NCBI GenBank assembly: GCA_905178155.1
Contig: CAJINV010000006.1
Coordinates: 564,398 to 628,397 of the forward strand
Direction of reading: 5' to 3'
From: Amoebophrya sp. A120
Taxonomy: Eukaryota > Protista > Dinoflagellata
DNA: 64,000 nt
Shown: positions 58,735 to 64,000 of the stretch, piece after piece
How positions within the stretch are numbered: position 1 is the stretch's first letter
Layout of the letters: the number at the start of each line of letters is the position of its first letter
Translations under genes and position numbers: made by a program
Notes under the pieces: model-generated
Database searches by the model: none
Seen by the model: the letters and a program-made list of their open reading frames with translations, nothing else
Told to the model about the DNA's origin: nothing

Positions 58735-61700
58735 TCAGAAGTACTTGAGCGTTTCCCTGCACGGGTCCTATCGTGAGGAAAGATCCCCCCTCCCCGTACC
58801 AAAAAGGGACGCATCTGAAAATTTGTGATGCTGATTTGTGGACACAAATCGTCTCTGTAATGCAAGAAGGCCAATCCAGCGACTCCGCCGCATTATGCAG
58901 GCGGTTTGTGATGCTATGGGGCCTACAGAGTACACATTTGCCATGCTACGCGCCTACGTCAGAACCCTTCTACTTAGGCTTGGCATGGGCCTGCAGTCAT
59001 CTGCTGCAAGACAGACCTGATTTGTGTGCGCAAATCCAGCATCAGAAACTTCCCTTTGATATGGGGTGGGGGGATTTTTCTTTTTGATAGGTCCATAAAC
59101 TGCCTTACCACCTCGTCGGTGACGAGTTTTCTCCTTTCCCTGTGCTTATCAAATGCAAACGTGTCTGGGTCTGGAAGAATGCCAGTTTGTCATGCTTGTC
59201 TCACTTGACTCTTACATCTGTGGTGCGTGAGCAGCAAGAAAGCCTCTGCTTCCCTGTCATGCAACAACGCAGTTTGCCATGCGGAAAACGAATTACATAG
59301 CAGCGCAGCAAAAACTTGTCATGCTTGGCTATGTATTGCAGTGCGCCAAACATTCCCAGACTTGCATCACAAGTTTCCAGAGCCAGACATATTTGCAATG
59401 CGTAGTGCTCGTTCACGATCAATTTCAACTCGGCAACGAGTTTGTTCTTCACTTCCCCGGTCGTCATTCTGCCGGAGCCGTACTCCTCGCCGATTTTTAT
59501 CGAAAGGAAAAAGCCCCCCTCCCAATATCGAAAACGAAATTTGTGATGCTGTATTTGAGTACACAAATCGTCGTGTATTGCTACAAGGCCAAGCGCCGCA
59601 GTTGTGGCCTCGTTTGGAGGCAGTTTGTCATGCTGTTTCCTACTTCCAGCTGCCTCCTGTGATGCTGCAGATGCAAGGCCGTCCCACGCAACCCAGCACT
59701 ACAGTCCGCATTTTTTCCCTTCTAGCATGACAAAGCTGATTTGTGGCCACAAATCTGCATCACAGATTTCCGTTTCGATATGGGGAGTGGGAATTCTTCC
59801 TTTTCATAATCTTTTTAAATTCCTCGTCGTCCTCCAGCACATACCGCAAGTACTCGTACGGAACGTCCACATCTAAGTTCGCCCCTTTTTCTATCCCACA
59901 GAAAAACTCAGGCAGGTCAGATTTGTAATGCATAGAATGAATTCACAAAAAGATCTCTCAAGGGGCTCGCCCATAGCATGCTGTTCAGGACACGCAATGC
60001 AGATATTCTTGTCTATTTATTTTTGCATTACAAATGTGACCTGTCTGCATTTTTCTGTGAGATATTTTCCCGGTGCTCCTCCAGGGTCTGGCCCCCGCCG
60101 GAAAGGGCGTACTTCATGACTTTGTCCTTGATCTGCTTCTCCTATCAAATGCAAAAATGTCTGGGTCTGAAAGAATGCCAAACTTGTCATGCAGGTTTTC
60201 CATGGCCCACGAGGTCTGGTATGTGGGACGTAGCACGACAGATCATTCTGTGAGAGTTCTATCATGCATATCCTGCATGAGAAACTGCCTCGCGATTCGG
60301 TCAAAAGTGGACAGCTTTTGGTAATCTTCACGCAACACAGACTTTGATATGATTTAGATTCAGCATGGCAAGTTGCTTTGTTCCAGACCCAGACACTTTT
60401 GCAATGCATATCTCCGAGTCGGTGACGAAAATGGTTGACGGGGTATCCGTATCCTGTGCAAAAGTATCGCACTCGTAGTAATCGCAATCATGCATTACAA
60501 ATCTCCATACCAAGGTAAAACAGCATGACAAATTTCATTTGTCATGCTGACCGAATTTGTAATGCGATTTCTACTAGTACGATTATACTTTTGCAATGCA
60601 TAATCCGCGGACGAAGACATCTTGGTCGTGTGGCCTTGGAGTGCGGGGAAAAACTTGGAATGGATCAAAGCGGGCTTCTGGAGGTTTAGCCGGGGCGCAA
60701 TGTCGCGGGTTACCTGATAGATTAAGATTTTTATATGGCGCATCCGCATGATAGATTGAATACTATTGTTCACCAGCAACGGGTTGTAGACGAAATTTGG
60801 GGAGGGTGCAGAAATCCACATAAGAAAAGCGTCTACAACTTCATGCGTGAATATATAAAACTAGCAAAAAGTTGTAGTAGCACTCAACCGCTATACCCTG
60901 AAAAACGGGTCTTGATCAATCGCCTGGGGGATCAGACACCGCACGTCGGTTCTTCCTCCAAAAATGTGCGGAAAGGCCTCGGGAAAACTCGGCGCGGCCT
61001 GCACCGCGGTGTAGAAGCATTTCCCTATGTTCGCGGAATCGGTCAACCCCAGCGCGCCCTTTGCTTGGTTGAACGTGATTTTCTTCGCGATTTTCGCAAC
61101 TAGCGGGTACATGGTGCCCATGTAATCAAAGTTCGTGAAAATGAAAGTTTTTTCCGGGTTGAAGCCGCACGCGATGATGTCCTTGATATTCGCGTAGGCG
61201 AGTTTGTGGGCCTCCTCGGCGGAGATGTTTTCCTTAAACCAGGACTTCTCGTCGTCCGTTAACTGAATCACCAATGGTATGGAAGCGTCAGGATCAAAAT
61301 TTACAAAGTTGAAGTAATTTGCGATGCATAAAACCGATACCAGATGGCACCCACTTATCAAGTGGCGCACGACAAATTTGGGTAGAGCCTAAATTTAGTT
61401 TGTCATGCTGTTTGGGTAAGGAAGCCGCCGCTTGCCATGCTACTTTAGCAGCTGACTTTTTACCCGTCAACAGGCTTACTATCTGCCTCGCTTGCCTACT
61501 CTGCAAGGCAGGCATTTGGTGGCTTGCATTTTACGCATTACAAGTTTTTCAACTTTGTTGATTTCGGTTCTGACACTCCCATAAATGGAACGTCGAACGT
61601 GTCCTGGAGCCACTTAGTGAAAAAAAAGGGCACCAGGTGACCTGTGGAGTTGATTGTGCAGCAGAAAATGGATCTACTTCACAAGGGGGCGATGAGTACT

Positions 61701-64000
61701 TTTTCCGAGGAAATACAAATAACGTCGTGTGTAGTGTTCTTGTGCATGAAAAATCATCTACATGATCTCTGCAGAAGAGCGATTTCCTCGACATCTCCGC
61801 AGGCGGCAATTTACTTTGCTTTCTGGTCGACACTATTTTCACTTCGGAGTATTAAAAGAAATGCAACGAAAAATTCAAAATCTGTCCCATGATATTGTTT
61901 ATACCTATATGCAGTGACTCGCTGCTCGCGCCCCGTCCGGTGTAGAGGTAGAACGGCACGCCCTTTTCGATATGCATTGCAAATATGTCTGGGTCTGGAA
62001 GAGTGTAACTTGTCATGCTACATCTGGATCGTAGAAAAATTTGTGTTGCATGATTACCAAGAGAGGTCCACTTTTGAACAAGTTTAGAGGCAGTTTCTCA
62101 GGCAGGAAAGGCATGATAGAGATCTCACAGAACCTGTCATGCTAGGCCGTGCATGCCAGACCGCGTGCGTCAGCGTCATGGAAAACCTGCATGACAAACC
62201 TAGACCCAGACATTTTCGCATTTGATACTCGACCTGATCCAGCAAAATATCCAGGTCCCGGTGCGTGAAAAACAACCCTCGGCTATTACAGTGAAAAGTG
62301 CCCCCCACCCCTCAAATTGCAAAAATTTGTGATGCGAAGTTTCCAATTGAAAACTTTTTGTCATGCATGAAAGGAGTATGAATCTTTCTGATGCAGAGTC
62401 TAGGCGTGTATCGCATCGCTTGCATGACAAGCGCCGCTCTTGCTGGGGTCTTTTGCAATACAAATTTTCGCTATTCACGATTGGAAACCTGTGATGCTGA
62501 TAGGTGCAAGAGGGCGAATGTTTCATTTGGAAAGGTTTGCAATACAAATGCTTTCAGGTTCGGGGGTGGGGGCATTTTTCATTCTGATATCGGCGCAAAA
62601 ACCGGTGCGCGCGCTTCCCCGTGATTCTTTCTATCCGTTGGATCAAGCTCGCGTCGATCTTGCTGCACCCAAAGTCGCGGACGAGTTTATCGTAATCAAT
62701 CCCCGCATCGGCCTGCACGTCCACCGGGTTGATAACTTGTGATATTACAATGAAAAATGCCCCCCCCAGAACTTGGCAGCATTTGTATTGCAAACCTTTC
62801 CAATAGAAACATTCCCCGTCTTGCATATCTCAGCCTCACAGATAATTTTTCATGCTGAATATAGCTCAAATTTGTGTTGCAGAGAAGCCCAACAGCAGCC
62901 GGATCTCTCATGCAAAAGACGCCTTGCGTGCCTAGATGCTGCAATGAGAAAGGCTCGCAATCCTTTCATGCAAGACAAAAAGCTGTCATTTGGAAATATT
63001 GCATGACAAACTTTTGCCAATTCCGGGGGCATTTTTCATTGTAGTATGTGACTCATCCGCCGGCTCACACTCCGCTTGGGGCGGGTACAGGGGCCGCTCC
63101 TCCGCTTGCGTGGCTGAGGATGGTATATATATTTCATCCTAATTGTTTCTTGCCTCTTGTTCTACTGCGTGACCGTGGTCTACTTTCATTGACAAACAAA
63201 ACCATTGTCCTTAGATCATGTGTAGCTCGATATATAAAAATTCGCAGGACAGCAAAGTGGAGAAACCACCTGCTCTCCTCAACATCTCATGTTCAGCAAC
63301 ACCTGTATTCCAATCTCAATTTCAATTTCATTCTCCTGGTTTATTTACGAAAAAATACCTTTTTCCCCCTCCACCGGCGTGCACTGCACCGTGACCTTCA
63401 AAGTTTGCTTCTCCGCGTTGAAGGTGAATTTCGTGAGCTCCATATGCAATGCAAAAGCATCGTACTAGTGGAAAATGCATTACAAGTTAGCGGCCCAGCA
63501 TTATGAATGAAATTTTTTGTAATGCTGATTTACCTTGAGAAAGGGATTTGTAATGCAAAAACGCAATTAGTACAACGAGTACGATGCTTTTGCACTGCAT
63601 ACTCCACCTTCCCGAGCAAAATGGTTGATTCCAACACCGGATTGATTTGGCAGTTCAAATTCCAGCTTGGTAACCTCACTAGCCGGAGCTCCTGAACGGT
63701 GTCTGGGACCTTAAATTGGTCGTACATCGTCTCACCGTACCTGCGAGTTATTTGGGTTGGAACTTTCTGATGTCATCTGTCATGCGGACAGGGAATTCCA
63801 CATGCAAACCAGCACTGCTTTCCTGGCATGACAAATTTAAGAAAAACGTACTCCTATCGAGAAACCCATCCAAAAATACAGTTCCTCCGCGTGTTTCCTG
63901 GCCATCTTGAAAACGTATCAAGTGCAAAAATGTCTGGATGTCTGGAAGAGTGTAGACTTGTCATGCAGATTTTTCATGACCCATGAGGTCTGGAAGGCGG
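58735..64000 (-). CDS. WARS: Cytosolic-type tryptophanyl-tRNA synthetase with N-terminal AlaX-like domain; 5' end outside the window
   Basis: [76 protein letters not shown]; 12 introners plus GT-AG introns 60714-60896, 61642-61904, 63114-63358, 63741-63879. Confidence 0.96.
58769..59089. mobile_element. Introner family B
   Basis: B-type TIRs; flanks ggtcc/ggtcc. Confidence 0.9.
59147..59404. mobile_element. Introner family A
   Basis: A-type TIRs; flanks gtgct/gtgct. Confidence 0.9.
59498..59808. mobile_element. Introner family B
   Basis: B-type TIRs; flanks atttt/atctt. Confidence 0.85.
59892..60064. mobile_element. Introner family F
   Basis: F-type TIRs; flanks ttttc/ttttc. Confidence 0.85.
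60143..60410. mobile_element. Introner family A
   Basis: A-type TIRs; flanks tctcc/tctcc. Confidence 0.9.
60450..60602. mobile_element. Introner family E
   Basis: E-type TIRs; flanks atccg/atccg. Confidence 0.9.
61278..61583. mobile_element. Introner family D
   Basis: D-type TIRs; flanks aatgg/aatgg. Confidence 0.9.
61971..62227. mobile_element. Introner family A
   Basis: A-type TIRs; flanks ttcga/ctcga. Confidence 0.9.
62284..62589. mobile_element. Introner family J
   Basis: TATTACAGTGAAAAGTGCCCCCCACCCC...GGGGTGGGGGCATTTTTCATTCTGATA; flanks tcggc/tcggc. Confidence 0.9.
62743..63046. mobile_element. Introner family J
   Basis: J-type TIRs; flanks tgtga/tgtga. Confidence 0.9.
63443..63601. 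mobile_element. Introner family E
   Basis: E-type TIRs; flanks ctcca/ctcca. Confidence 0.9.
63916..64000. mobile_element. Introner family A, left end only
   Basis: TATCAAGTGCAAAAATGTCTGGATGTCTGGAAG. Confidence 0.8.

Noticed and set aside
1091-64000. Recurrent peptides in the ORF track ([31 protein letters not shown]) as a repeated protein domain
   Set aside because: They are translations of the family A TIR in different frames and strands, not real protein.

Overview
Eukaryotic nuclear DNA. It most likely comes from the parasitic dinoflagellate Amoebophrya (Syndiniales, A120-like); this is inferred from the TAT-starting inverted-repeat introns and the co-oriented genes. I reconstructed 11 protein genes by hand, all on the minus strand: a metallophosphoesterase, an EF-hand protein, RRP8, a secreted Cys-rich protein with a Lys/Ala tail, Ran, importin alpha, four hypothetical proteins and a tryptophanyl-tRNA synthetase with an AlaX-like N-terminal domain. 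About 70 MITE-like introners (mostly 150-350 bp) interrupt the coding exons. They fall into about 10 terminal-inverted-repeat (TIR) families, which I label A-J. They typically end TAT...ATA and are flanked by a 5-bp target-site duplication (TSD). Conserved proteins are restored when the element plus one TSD copy is removed, usually without GT-AG ends. Several ordinary GT-AG introns are visibly decayed introners. The least explained structure is at 50.8-54.4 kb: four copies of one exon segment (29-bp identical core) separated by three unrelated ~1.1-1.2 kb non-coding inserts, resembling serially integrated small circles. Most entries in the supplied ORF track are shadow ORFs or read-through into elements. 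Coordinates were read by eye and may be off by a few bases.
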